Shown here: positions 1 to 8,280 of the stretch, in pieces
Layout: each line of letters starts with the position of its first letter
Numbering within the stretch: the stretch's first letter is position 1
NCBI GenBank assembly: GCA_033762115.1
Contig: JANRLX010000013.1
Span: forward strand, 1-27,851
DNA length: 27,851 nt
Reading direction: 5' to 3'
Source of the DNA: Verrucomicrobiota bacterium
GTDB lineage: Bacteria; Verrucomicrobiota; Verrucomicrobiia; Limisphaerales; SXQI01
Notes under the pieces: model-generated
Told to the model about the DNA's origin: nothing
Database searches by the model: none
What the model saw: the letters and a program-made list of their open reading frames with translations, nothing else
Position numbers and translations under genes: made by a program

Positions 1-162
1 CGTCGTATAACGCTGGTCCGCATTCAACAATTCGCGCAACGCGCTGTCGATGCTGCGCAACGAAGGGAGCCGGGCGCAGCCTTGCACACGGGTGATAATC
101 AAGTCGCGCGGCAACCGCGTTTCCGTTTCCACGGCGATCGGAGTTAAAGTTAGCTCGGGCAT
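1..162 (-). CDS. HDOD domain-containing protein, 5' part only (runs off the window)
   Basis: Not in the ORF track. ATG at 162 opens 54 uninterrupted codons: MPELTLTPIAVETETRLPRDLIITRVQGCARLPSLRSIDSALRELLNADQRYTT. LPSL...LRELL resembles the start of HDOD domains. Purine-rich AGGAGGG/CAGGA lie upstream. Confidence 0.6.
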   Translation of the reverse strand, partial: MPELTLTPIAVETETRLPRDLIITRVQGCARLPSLRSIDSALRELLNADQRYTT

Positions 163-179
163 GATTCCTGACATCCCTC

Positions 180-206
180 CTATCGGCAGATTCCCTTGAG
201 GAGTTA
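180..206 (-). promoter_or_regulatory. Putative sigma-28 (FliA/WhiG-type) promoter
   Basis: Minus strand reads TAAC-N15-GCCGATAG, compared with the consensus TAAA-N15-GCCGATAA. It sits just upstream of the HDOD-like ORF. Confidence 0.55.
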
Positions 207-288
207 ATCGCGTCTCAAAATTGGCGCCTTCCTTTCGCTGAGTCGTCACTGGGCAGGCGCCAAATTGAAACACCGGGTGTCTTAACTC
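201..288. repeat. Nested imperfect inverted repeat between divergent genes
   Basis: GAGTTAA (201-207)/TTAACTC (282-288) enclose TTGGCGCCT (221-229)/AGGCGCCAA (255-263), with further imperfect pairing in the flanks. Confidence 0.6.
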
Positions 289-293
289 GCTCC

Positions 294-1160
294 GTGCTGA
301 GGTCAAACCCACGTCAACTGGACGGTTCTGCCGCGTTCACACTCATTGAATTGCTGGTCGTCATCGCAATCATCGCGATCCTGGCCGGGATGCTTTTGCC
401 AGCCCTCTCCAAATCCAAGACCAAGGCCCAGGGTATCTTTTGCATGAACAACGGCAAACAGATGATCTATGCCTTGCAATTATACGCGGCCGATTTTACC
501 GAATTTTACCCTCCAAATCCTGACGATGGAAACAAAACACCTTACGCCAACTGGTGCGCAGGCAGCATGGCCAACGCCCAGGATGCAACCAATACCACTT
601 ATTTAACCGATCCGCGTTACAACAGCTTTGTTCCCTATATCGGAAAAGCGATCTCGGTTTACCGATGCCCTGCCGACAAAAGCACTGTTCTGGTCGGTGG
701 TAAACGCGTTCCCCGCGTCCGCAGCTTTGCCATGAATCAGGCTGTGGGGACTGATCCTTACACCGCTCCGACAGGCAAACTCGCTGTTCACGGCCCCTGG
801 TTGGAAGGAACCCCTGGTGGACACTCCCGCACAGGACGTTTTCGCACCTACGGAAAGTCCTCAGATATCGTCCGCCCCTCTCCAGCTGGTCTCTGGGTAT
901 TCCTGGATGAAGATGATCAATCCATTAATGATGCTGGATTTGCTGTGCCGGGACCGGGAGCAGGTACGATGAACTGGATTGATTGGCCTGCCACATACCA
1001 CAACAATGCTTGCGGGTTTGCATTTGCCGACGGCCATTCCGAGATTAAAAAATGGCTTGATAGCAGTACAAAACATAACGGGAATCTTGCTCGCCGAACC
1101 CCGCCGGCACCACGCCGTGATCTTGAATGGTTGGCAGAACGTACTTCAGCTCGTAAATAG
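294..1160 (+). CDS. Prepilin-type N-terminal cleavage/methylation domain protein with C-terminal H-X9-DG motif (PVC pseudopilin-like family)
   Basis: [28 protein letters not shown], internal YRCPAD, and [12 protein letters not shown] near the C-terminus. The GTG start is uncertain. Confidence 0.92.
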   Translation: MLRSNPRQLDGSAAFTLIELLVVIAIIAILAGMLLPALSKSKTKAQGIFCMNNGKQMIYALQLYAADFTEFYPPNPDDGNKTPYANWCAGSMANAQDATNTTYLTDPRYNSFVPYIGKAISVYRCPADKSTVLVGGKRVPRVRSFAMNQAVGTDPYTAPTGKLAVHGPWLEGTPGGHSRTGRFRTYGKSSDIVRPSPAGLWVFLDEDDQSINDAGFAVPGPGAGTMNWIDWPATYHNNACGFAFADGHSEIKKWLDSSTKHNGNLARRTPPAPRRDLEWLAERTSARK

Positions 1161-1170
1161 CATATTTCAA

Positions 1171-1206
1171 GAAAACGGCACTCATTCAGGGTGCCGTTTT
1201 TCTTTT
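1171..1206 (+). terminator. Rho-independent terminator
   Basis: Stem AAAACGGCAC/GTGCCGTTTT followed by TCTTTT, about 10 nt after the prepilin stop. Confidence 0.85.
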
Positions 1207-1215
1207 ATCTCTGAT

Positions 1216-1230
1216 TGCAAATGATTTGCA
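1216..1230. promoter_or_regulatory. Fur-family (probable Zur) operator, 7-1-7 palindrome
   Basis: TGCAAAT-G-ATTTGCA is a perfect inverted repeat overlapping the predicted -35 of a metal ABC operon that encodes its own Fur-family regulator. Confidence 0.75.
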
Positions 1231-1254
1231 TTTAGCCTTTCCATTCCCTATCGT
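1226..1254 (+). promoter_or_regulatory. Sigma-70-type promoter for the znu operon (probably leaderless mRNA)
   Basis: TTGCAT-N17-TATCGT. The ATG at 1261 is at the expected +1 position and there is no SD. Confidence 0.6.
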
Positions 1255-1260
1255 TTTCTC

Positions 1261-2175
1261 ATGCGTTTTCTATTCGCAGCGTTGCTCTTCTTTTTGGTCT
1301 GCGACTCCGCCGCTGAACAAAAGAAGCTCAAGATCGTTACCACCATTCTTCCCGCCTACTGTTTCGCTGCCAATGTCGGTGGCGATCTGGTCGAGGTCGT
1401 TAATCTTCTCCCCCCGAACGTGGGGCCGCACGATTATCAACTCTCCCCCCGCGATTTGCGCTCCCTGAAAAATGCCGATCTCATCGTCCTCAACGGGCTC
1501 GGGCTTGATGACTGGGTCAAAAAACCGATTCGTTCTGAAGGCAAACTCTCTCGCCTGGTCGAACTTTCCACCGGCTTGGACCAGGAACTTCTCCGCGAGA
1601 CAACTCATCTCGACCTGGGGCATGAAGCGGAACATGACCATGAACATGCCCATCAGCACCATACTGGAGGCAATCCCCATATCTGGCTCGATCCTCAACT
1701 GGCCATGCACTCGGTCACGAATATTCTCCAGGCTTTGGAAACCCTCGCTCCTCAACATCGTGAAATTTTTCGGCGCAATGCCTCCGATTATATTGAAAAA
1801 CTCCGCACTCTGGACAGTGATCTCACCACTCAACTCGCCCCGGTCGCCTCCATTCCATTTATTACTTACCATGACGCATTTCCCTACTTTATTCGTCGTT
1901 ATAATCTGAAACTTGCCGGAATCCTCGAAGCTGTCCCTGATGTCTCCCCCTCCCCACGTTACCTGGCGGACTTGTTGCGCGTTGTCCGTGAAAAAAACGT
2001 CAAGGTCATCTACACTGAACCGCAATTTTCCACCAAACTTGCCCGCCAAATCGCGCGCGACCTCAAAATTTCCATTGCTCAACTGGATCCTTTGGAATCC
2101 GGAAAGCTTGACCCGGCCTCCTATGAGCGGGGCATGCGAAAAAATGCCGAGGTCCTGCTGAAAACCTTGCGATGA
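1261..2175 (+). CDS. znuA: Zn/Mn ABC transporter substrate-binding protein
   Basis: Signal peptide, GPHDY, His-rich loop (HEAEHDHEHAHQHH), NPHIWLDP and YHDAFPYF motifs of cluster A-I binding proteins. Confidence 0.9.
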   Translation: MRFLFAALLFFLVCDSAAEQKKLKIVTTILPAYCFAANVGGDLVEVVNLLPPNVGPHDYQLSPRDLRSLKNADLIVLNGLGLDDWVKKPIRSEGKLSRLVELSTGLDQELLRETTHLDLGHEAEHDHEHAHQHHTGGNPHIWLDPQLAMHSVTNILQALETLAPQHREIFRRNASDYIEKLRTLDSDLTTQLAPVASIPFITYHDAFPYFIRRYNLKLAGILEAVPDVSPSPRYLADLLRVVREKNVKVIYTEPQFSTKLARQIARDLKISIAQLDPLESGKLDPASYERGMRKNAEVLLKTLR

Positions 2176-3011
2176 ATCCGCTCCTGAAGCCATTTCCCTC
2201 CTCCATTACTGCCCCACCAGACGCTGACTGCCCCCAATGTCGCGCTGCCCAGTATAAAGGTGGCGCTCCTGTTATTGAAGTCGCTGATGCAAAGGTCAGT
2301 TTTAACGGCGTCCCAGTCCTGCGTGGAGTCAATCTCACTATTCCCAAAGGTGAAATTGTTGCCGTTATCGGCCCGAATGGATGCGGAAAAACAACTCTGT
2401 TGCGCTCTCTGCTCGGCCTGCAACGGCTTGACGCAGGCACCATAAAGCTATTTGGCGAAACCGACATTCATTCCGTTCTTCACCGGGTCGGTTATGTCCC
2501 GCAGAAACTGGCTCTGGACCGCAGCTTTGCCCTCAGTGTCCGGGAATTTCTCGCGCTTCGATTGCCCTCCACCCGCCATTGGTTTTGGAAAGGCCCCCGT
2601 TCTACAGACACCGTCCTTGCTCCCATCGTCGCAGAACTGGCGATTGAAAAGCTTCTGCCAAAGCCTCTCGCCCAGCTTTCCGGCGGCCAGCTCCAGCGTG
2701 TCCTGATCGCCTTCAGTTTGCTCCATCAACCGCAACTTCTCCTGCTTGATGAACCCACTGCAGGAGTGGATACCCCCGGCGAACAAGGTTTCTATGAACT
2801 GATCGGCAAAATTCATAAGCAACACGGCCTCACTGTCGTCCTTGTTTCTCACGATCTTTCGATGGTTTATAAGCACGCAACCTGGGTTTACGCCTTGAAT
2901 GGAGTGGTTTGCTGCGAAGGCACTCCTGAAGAAGTTATGAATGCCGAATCCTTGAAACAAGCCTACGGCATTCACGTCTCCCCCTACCATCACCATCATC
3001 ATGTTCACTGA
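2172..3011 (+). CDS. znuC: Metal ABC transporter ATP-binding protein
   Basis: Walker A GPNGCGKT, signature LSGGQ, Walker B LLLLDEP, VSHD. ATGA overlap with znuA. His-rich tail. Confidence 0.9.
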   Translation: MNPLLKPFPSSITAPPDADCPQCRAAQYKGGAPVIEVADAKVSFNGVPVLRGVNLTIPKGEIVAVIGPNGCGKTTLLRSLLGLQRLDAGTIKLFGETDIHSVLHRVGYVPQKLALDRSFALSVREFLALRLPSTRHWFWKGPRSTDTVLAPIVAELAIEKLLPKPLAQLSGGQLQRVLIAFSLLHQPQLLLLDEPTAGVDTPGEQGFYELIGKIHKQHGLTVVLVSHDLSMVYKHATWVYALNGVVCCEGTPEEVMNAESLKQAYGIHVSPYHHHHHVH

Positions 3012-3822
3012 ATCTTTCATGGTTCGCGCTTTGGCCGCTGCCCTCATGCTGGCGCCACTCTCAGCATTGCTCGGGGTTTTTGTCACTGCGCGGCGCATGG
3101 CATTTTTCAGTGATACCATCGCTCACGGTGCGCTCGCCGGGATTGCCCTCGGGATGTGGCTCGGAATGACTGACATGACCTTGCCGATGGTCCTGTTCAG
3201 CCTCGCCATTGCAGCCATTATCCTCTGGTTGAAGGAAAAAACAAACCTCCTCACCGACACGATCATGGCACTCCTCCTTTCCGGCTCTGTCGCTTTCGGG
3301 ATTGTTATCCTCAGCCTGCAACAGGGCAGTCGGGGAGAAATCCACGCCTATCTTTTCGGCGATATTCTCGCGGTGGACACCCAGGATATCTGGTTGGCTG
3401 CGGCTCTGCTGATTATCGTTGCTTTTGCCCTTTTTCGTTTCCTCAGCCCGATGGCCCTCATCACTGCCAATGAAGAAATGGCTCACGTTTGCGGGATCCG
3501 GGTCCGCCGCTTCAATTACCTCTTCGTCCTCGTCCTCACGCTGACCGTGGCCGTCACCATACGTCTCCTTGGGATCATCCTGGTCACTTCACTGCTCGTG
3601 ATCCCCGCGGCGACAGGCAGGAACCTCAGCCGCAACCTCCGTCAGCAAATCATCTCCAGCATACTCGTTGGTTTGCTCGGTGGTTTCAGTGGAGTCCTGA
3701 TTTCCTACCGTTTGGATGTCCCATGTGGCCCTGCCATTGTGCTGGCTTGCATCGCTCTTTTCATTCTTTCACTCGCCGTGGACCGTTTCTTTCTTAACCG
3801 GAAACAGGAGGTGACCGCGTGA
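3001..3822 (+). CDS. znuB: Metal ABC transporter permease
   Basis: RRMAFFSDTIAHGALAG and YLFGDILAV motifs, multiple hydrophobic segments, overlaps the znuC stop. Confidence 0.9.
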   Translation: MFTESFMVRALAAALMLAPLSALLGVFVTARRMAFFSDTIAHGALAGIALGMWLGMTDMTLPMVLFSLAIAAIILWLKEKTNLLTDTIMALLLSGSVAFGIVILSLQQGSRGEIHAYLFGDILAVDTQDIWLAAALLIIVAFALFRFLSPMALITANEEMAHVCGIRVRRFNYLFVLVLTLTVAVTIRLLGIILVTSLLVIPAATGRNLSRNLRQQIISSILVGLLGGFSGVLISYRLDVPCGPAIVLACIALFILSLAVDRFFLNRKQEVTA

Positions 3823-4271
3823 GCAAGGAATGCAATTCCCATGCTCATGGCCCTGAACTCAGTGACCTGACAGGGCATCTTCGGACGCAGGACCACAAGA
3901 TCACCGCCCCCCGCCAGGCAATTCTGAACGTTCTTCGTAACGAAAAACATCCCCTCACCACCCGCCAGATTCTTGATGCCTTGCCCGGCGGTTTCTGCAA
4001 TCTGGCCACAGTTTACCGATCCATCCACCTGCTCCAACGGCTGGGCCTGGTTCAACGTTACGATTTCGGCGATGGCGCTGCCCGTTTTGAACTGACTCGC
4101 GGCGGAAAGGACCACCACCACCATCACCTCATTTGCACAAAATGCGCTCTTGTCATCGAGGTACAGCAATGCATTGCCCTTGATCTGGAGCAACAGATCG
4201 CCACCGGGAACGGCTTTACAAAAGTCAGCCACAAGCTTGAATTCTTCGGGGTCTGTCCGGATTGCCAATAA
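3819..4271 (+). CDS. zur: Fur-family transcriptional repressor, probably Zur
   Basis: LATVYR helix, HHHHHLICTKC and C-terminal CPDC. GTGA overlap with znuB. The Zur subtype is inferred from context. Confidence 0.8.
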   Translation: MSKECNSHAHGPELSDLTGHLRTQDHKITAPRQAILNVLRNEKHPLTTRQILDALPGGFCNLATVYRSIHLLQRLGLVQRYDFGDGAARFELTRGGKDHHHHHLICTKCALVIEVQQCIALDLEQQIATGNGFTKVSHKLEFFGVCPDCQ

Positions 4272-4302
4272 CCCCGTTTAAACGCTACAAAGGGAAAAAG
4301 GG

Positions 4303-5574
4303 ATGACCTCATTGCCATTTGAACTGATGCTTGCGCTGAGATACCTGCGCCCAAAACGCACTTTTGTCTCCGTCATCACGCTCATTTCCATTATCGGGGT
4401 CATGCTCGGGGTCGCAGTCCTGATCATTGTCATCAGCGTCATGAGCGGCTTCGACAAGGAATTGCGTGATAAAATCCTTGGATTCAGCGCGCACCTTCGC
4501 GTCAGCACCCATGCCAATCGGGTGGATGACTGGCACCCCGTTTCTGACCTGATCTCAAAAAATCCCAACGTCCGCGCTGTCGCTCCTTATGTCATCGGGC
4601 AGGTTTTAATCGAAACGCAGCCTGAAGTCGGAGAACCCGCGTGGATCGCCCAGTACGTTCGGGGAATCGATCCCCTCCTTGAAACCAACGTCAGTATCCT
4701 CCCCCGCAGCGTGGTCGCCGGGGAATACAATCTTCGTTCAGATCGTATCCTTGTCGGACGCACCATCGCAAATTCCCTTGGAATTGCTCCGGGCGACGCG
4801 GTGGCTATTTATTCCCCGCGCGATCTGAAAAAAATGAAGGACTCCAAAGACAGCGAAGGGCAGGAGGCACGGATGGCCGATGACTACGAAGTCGCTGGTA
4901 TTTTTGATGTCGGCTATTATGAATACAACGCCTCCTTCGTCGTGACTTCTCTCCGCGAAGCACAGGACCTCTTCGATCTCGAAGACTCAGTCAATGGTCT
5001 CATGGTCATGCTTCATGACCCCATGAAAGCTGACCTCGTTCGCACCGAACTTGGCCGGACGCTGGGCGCAAATGCCTTTATCACCACCTGGATTGATGAA
5101 AACTCCACCTTTCTCGATGCCCTGGTTGTGGAAAAGAACGTCATGTTTTATCTGCTCTTTTTCATTATGATTGTCGCGGCATTCGGGATTATGAGCGCAC
5201 TGATCACCTTTGTCGTCCAGAAAACCCGTGAAATCGGGATGCTCAAGGCGCTCGGGGCCACCAGCGGGCAAATCATGCTCATTTTCCTCGGCCAAAGCCT
5301 GATGGTCGGAGTCATTGGCGTTATCTCAGGCTTTTGCCTCGGTTTGCTCGCAGTCAATTACCGCAACGAATTTTTGGCAGTCATGAACCGCCTGACCGGT
5401 TTTGAACTGTTCCCGGCCAAAATTTACAATTTCGCCAAACTCCCTGCCCTCATCGACCCCACTGACATCGCCATCATTTGTGGCGGTTCACTATTGATCT
5501 GCCTTTTGGCCGGTCTGCTTCCCGCATGGAACGCTGGCAGGCTGAAACCCGTTGAGGCCTTGCGGCACGAATGA
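4303..5574 (+). CDS. lolC: Lipoprotein-releasing ABC transporter permease LolC/E
   Basis: ALRYLR..., GVAVLIIVISVMSGF, KTREIGMLKALGA and C-terminal PVEALRHE. Cannot distinguish lolC from lolE. Confidence 0.85.
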   Translation: MTSLPFELMLALRYLRPKRTFVSVITLISIIGVMLGVAVLIIVISVMSGFDKELRDKILGFSAHLRVSTHANRVDDWHPVSDLISKNPNVRAVAPYVIGQVLIETQPEVGEPAWIAQYVRGIDPLLETNVSILPRSVVAGEYNLRSDRILVGRTIANSLGIAPGDAVAIYSPRDLKKMKDSKDSEGQEARMADDYEVAGIFDVGYYEYNASFVVTSLREAQDLFDLEDSVNGLMVMLHDPMKADLVRTELGRTLGANAFITTWIDENSTFLDALVVEKNVMFYLLFFIMIVAAFGIMSALITFVVQKTREIGMLKALGATSGQIMLIFLGQSLMVGVIGVISGFCLGLLAVNYRNEFLAVMNRLTGFELFPAKIYNFAKLPALIDPTDIAIICGGSLLICLLAGLLPAWNAGRLKPVEALRHE

Positions 5575-6284
5575 ACAACCCTGCTTCACTGATCCAGGTT
5601 GAAAATCTGGTGAAAAATTACCGCCTCGGCGCAAGGGAAGTCCAGGTGCTGCGAGGTGTCACTCTTTCCATTGAAAAAGGCGCGTTTCAGGCGTTTCGCG
5701 GCGCTTCCGGCGCTGGCAAAAGCACCCTCCTCCATCTCCTCGGCGGCCTGGACACTCCCGATTCCGGCTCCATTCTTTGGGACGGAACTGATATTGCCCG
5801 CCTCTCTCCCGCCGAGCTTTCCCGTTTTCGCAATCGCAAGATTGGATACATTTTTCAAGCCTATCACCTTCTCCCGGAATTCGACGCTGTGGAAAATGTT
5901 TGCATCCCCGCCCGGATGGCCCGCACTCCTATCCCCGCTTTGATCAAAAAAGCCAAAAGCTTGCTTGAACGAGTCGGTTTGAAAGACCGTTTTGATCACC
6001 GCCCTTACGAATTGAGCGGCGGCGAACAACAACGAGTCGCGATTGCCCGCGCCTTGATCAACGATCCGGAAGTCATCATTGCCGATGAACCCACCGGTAA
6101 CCTTGATTCACACGCTGGCGAGGAAATCATGAATTTGCTCTGTGCCTTGCGCACCGAGCAAAACGCTACCCTGCTTATCGCCACTCATGATGACCGCGTC
6201 GCCGCCCGCGCTTCCCTCACCACCACCCTGGTTGATGGGTTGGTCACCACCTCAGCCTCCATGATTTCCACCCCGTTAGCTTGA
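5571..6284 (+). CDS. lolD: Lipoprotein-releasing ABC transporter ATP-binding protein
   Basis: [37 protein letters not shown] overlap with lolC/E. Confidence 0.85.
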   Translation: MNNPASLIQVENLVKNYRLGAREVQVLRGVTLSIEKGAFQAFRGASGAGKSTLLHLLGGLDTPDSGSILWDGTDIARLSPAELSRFRNRKIGYIFQAYHLLPEFDAVENVCIPARMARTPIPALIKKAKSLLERVGLKDRFDHRPYELSGGEQQRVAIARALINDPEVIIADEPTGNLDSHAGEEIMNLLCALRTEQNATLLIATHDDRVAARASLTTTLVDGLVTTSASMISTPLA

Positions 6285-6286
6285 GC

Positions 6287-6667
6287 ATGGTTAATTCTCC
6301 CGAACCGCGAATCGATAAGTTCCTCTGGGCAGTTCGCATTTACAAAACCAGGTCCCTGGCTTCGGATGCCTGCCGCAAGGGGCAAATCCTGCTTGGCAAA
6401 GTCCCCGCCAAACCTTCCCGCATCATCAAACTCGATGATCTCATCGAAGTTCATCTTCCCGATCTCGTTCGCACCATTCGTGTCATTCAACTCCTGGAGA
6501 AACGAGTCGGTCCTAAATTGGTGGACCAATACATCCAGGACCTCACCCCTGCCGAAGAATATCTCAAAGCTTTGGAAGCAAAACGCCAGCAGCGCACTCC
6601 CGCAGCCGCCCAGCGCCCCAGCAAAAAAGACCGCCGCATCCTCTCCAGAATCAAGGAAAGTCTCTAA
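6287..6667 (+). CDS. hslR: Ribosome-associated heat shock protein Hsp15 (S4 RNA-binding domain)
   Basis: RIDKFLWAVRIYKTRSLASDAC and RPSKKDRR. ATG 6287 preferred over TTG 6281. Confidence 0.88.
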   Translation: MVNSPEPRIDKFLWAVRIYKTRSLASDACRKGQILLGKVPAKPSRIIKLDDLIEVHLPDLVRTIRVIQLLEKRVGPKLVDQYIQDLTPAEEYLKALEAKRQQRTPAAAQRPSKKDRRILSRIKESL

Positions 6668-6725
6668 TCCACCCGGTTGCAACCCTTCCAATTCGATGCC
6701 ACCTTATCTTTAGGAGGTGGGTCTT

Positions 6726-6905
6726 ATGAAAAGCAGCACAAAAGACAAAATCGAGGGAACTGCCGAGAAAGTCTCCGGCAAAATCAAGGAAGGACTCGGC
6801 AATACCACAAATAATCAACGCCTTGCCAGTGAAGGCCGCGTTGAACAGGCGGACGGCAAGGTGAAAAATAAAATCGGTGATGTCAAAAAAGTCTTTGACC
6901 GTTAA
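6726..6905 (+). CDS. csbD: CsbD-family general stress protein
   Basis: DKIEG...GKIKEGLG...EGRVEQADGKV...GDVK pattern. Strong SD AGGAGG at 6712-6717 favours ATG 6726. Confidence 0.88.
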   Translation: MKSSTKDKIEGTAEKVSGKIKEGLGNTTNNQRLASEGRVEQADGKVKNKIGDVKKVFDR

Positions 6906-6915
6906 CCAACCGTTT

Positions 6916-6952
6916 AGAAGAAAGCTGGCGGGCTGATGATTCAACCCGCCAG
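6916..6952 (-). terminator. Rho-independent terminator, better formed on the minus strand (possibly bidirectional)
   Basis: Minus strand reads CTGGCGGGTTGA-ATCA-TCAGCCCGCCAG-CTTTCTTCT. One position is a G-U pair on minus but a C-A mismatch on plus. Confidence 0.75.
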
Positions 6953-6959
6953 TTCAATT

Positions 6960-7088
6960 TCAGAAGTACACGCGATCCAGGATCGCGAGGGGTGGGATGA
7001 CTGGCAGTATCTCGGCTTCGTCGTGATGACGGGCTCGGCAGGTGACAATACTCAGCTTCAGCGTCTGAAGTTTTGTATGTTGTTCCAT
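6960..7088 (-). CDS. Putative 42-aa small protein of unknown function (alternatively an sRNA)
   Basis: MEQHTKLQTLKLSIVTCRARHHDEAEILPVIPPLAILDRVYF*. It fills the space between a sigma-54-like promoter and a terminator. Not in the ORF track. Confidence 0.45.
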   Translation of the reverse strand: MEQHTKLQTLKLSIVTCRARHHDEAEILPVIPPLAILDRVYF

Positions 7089-7099
7089 AAATCGCATAA

Positions 7100-7115
7100 A
7101 GCAGCCGCCATACCA
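7100..7115 (-). promoter_or_regulatory. Putative sigma-54 (-24/-12) promoter
   Basis: Minus strand TGGTATGGCGGCTGCT has the exact GG-N10-GC spacing. Predicted +1 is about 7089. Confidence 0.5.
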
Positions 7116-7234
7116 CCTTCAAAAAATCTCGATTTACCAAGCTTTTCCTCTTCTCTTTTCTCTTTTAAACATCGCTCGCTTGTTCCCCCCTGCTCACCCT
7201 GTTTCTTTTTGCTCATCCCACTCATAGACCGTAT

Positions 7235-7262
7235 TTGACACCTCAATTTTCCGGGTTATCAT
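7235..7262 (+). promoter_or_regulatory. Sigma-70 promoter of asd
   Basis: TTGACA-N16-TATCAT, ending 12 nt before the ATG. No SD. Confidence 0.7.
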
Positions 7263-7274
7263 CGCTCCCCTTTT

Positions 7275-8279
7275 ATGAATAGGAATCCGCATATTGCTGT
7301 CGTTGGTGCCACTGGCGCTGTCGGCATCGAAATGATCAAGACCCTCGAGAAACGCAAATTTCCTTTAAGCAAACTCACCTTGCTTGCCTCAAGCCGTTCC
7401 GTGGGCAAAACCTTGACCTATAAAGGCCAGCAAATTGCGATCAAAGAACTTACCAAAGACTCTTTCAACGGGATCGACATCGCCCTCTTCAGCGCTGGCG
7501 GCAGCATCTCACGCGAGTTCGGCCCCCTGGCCGCAGCCGCTGGTTGTGTCGTGGTCGATAATTCCAGCGCATTTCGCATGGACCCCGCCGTCCCCCTCGT
7601 TATTCCTGAAATCAACGCCGCTGACGTGAAGCAGCACAGGGGAATCATTGCCAACCCCAATTGCACCACTGCCATTACCCTCATGGCACTTTACCCGCTG
7701 CATCAGGCATTTGGGGTCACCCGCGTGTTCGCCTCCAGCTACCAGGCGGTCTCCGGCACCGGTCAAAAAGCCATAGAAGAACTTCGCAATCAGGTTGGCC
7801 AGGTTGTGAATGGTGAAATCGTCACTCGCGAAGTTTACCCTCATCAAATCGCTTTTAACGTTCTCCCCCATGTCGATTCATTCCTTCCTACCGGTTACAC
7901 CAAGGAAGAAATGAAAATGGAAAATGAAGGGCGCAAAATCATGCATCACCCTCAATTCCGCGCCAGTGTCACCTGCGTTCGCGTGCCGGTTTATCGCGCT
8001 CATTCCGTTGCTGTCTGCGCTGAATTCTCAAAACCTGTTTCCGTTGAAGCCGCACGCGAGGTTCTTTCACGCGCTCCCGGTCTAGACATCGTCGATACTC
8101 CTGAAAAAGCTGAGTATCCTCTTCCCCTTTATGTGGCTGAACGCGACAATTGCCAGGTCGGTCGCATTCGCAAGGATTGCGCCCTCGATAACGGCCTCTG
8201 CTTTTGGGTCGTCGGCGATCAACTCCTCAAAGGGGCGGCCCTCAATGCCGTTCAAATCGCTGAGGAATTGCTGAAATAA
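7275..8279 (+). CDS. asd: Aspartate-semialdehyde dehydrogenase
   Basis: VVGATGAVG, DNSSAFRM, catalytic NPNCTT, YQAVSG, CVRVPV..AHS, LKGAALNAVQIAE. Confidence 0.97.
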   Translation: MNRNPHIAVVGATGAVGIEMIKTLEKRKFPLSKLTLLASSRSVGKTLTYKGQQIAIKELTKDSFNGIDIALFSAGGSISREFGPLAAAAGCVVVDNSSAFRMDPAVPLVIPEINAADVKQHRGIIANPNCTTAITLMALYPLHQAFGVTRVFASSYQAVSGTGQKAIEELRNQVGQVVNGEIVTREVYPHQIAFNVLPHVDSFLPTGYTKEEMKMENEGRKIMHHPQFRASVTCVRVPVYRAHSVAVCAEFSKPVSVEAAREVLSRAPGLDIVDTPEKAEYPLPLYVAERDNCQVGRIRKDCALDNGLCFWVVGDQLLKGAALNAVQIAEELLK

Positions 8280-8280
8280 A

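Noticed and set aside
201..288. attC site, hammerhead ribozyme or invertible promoter
   Set aside because: The GTT/AAC order is opposite to attC and there is no integrase. GTGACGA...CGAAA lacks the CUGANGA core and stem II. The inner segment is very short and no recombinase is nearby.
1270..2193. 307-aa antisense ORF over znuA (similar shadows at 2448-3119, 16347-17207, 18747-19601 and 22180-23028)
   Set aside because: These are antisense shadows of well-supported genes and have no recognisable motifs.
6883..7246. Track ORFs 6936-7238(+), 6883-7140(-) and 7058-7246(-)
   Set aside because: They run through the terminator or promoter elements or are low-complexity. The 6960-7088 ORF fits the local signals better.
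6955..7274. Lysine riboswitch upstream of asd
   Set aside because: The conserved AGAGG(U/C)GC, GAAAGG and GCCGAA elements were not found, and a near-consensus promoter lies just before the ATG, downstream of the structured region.
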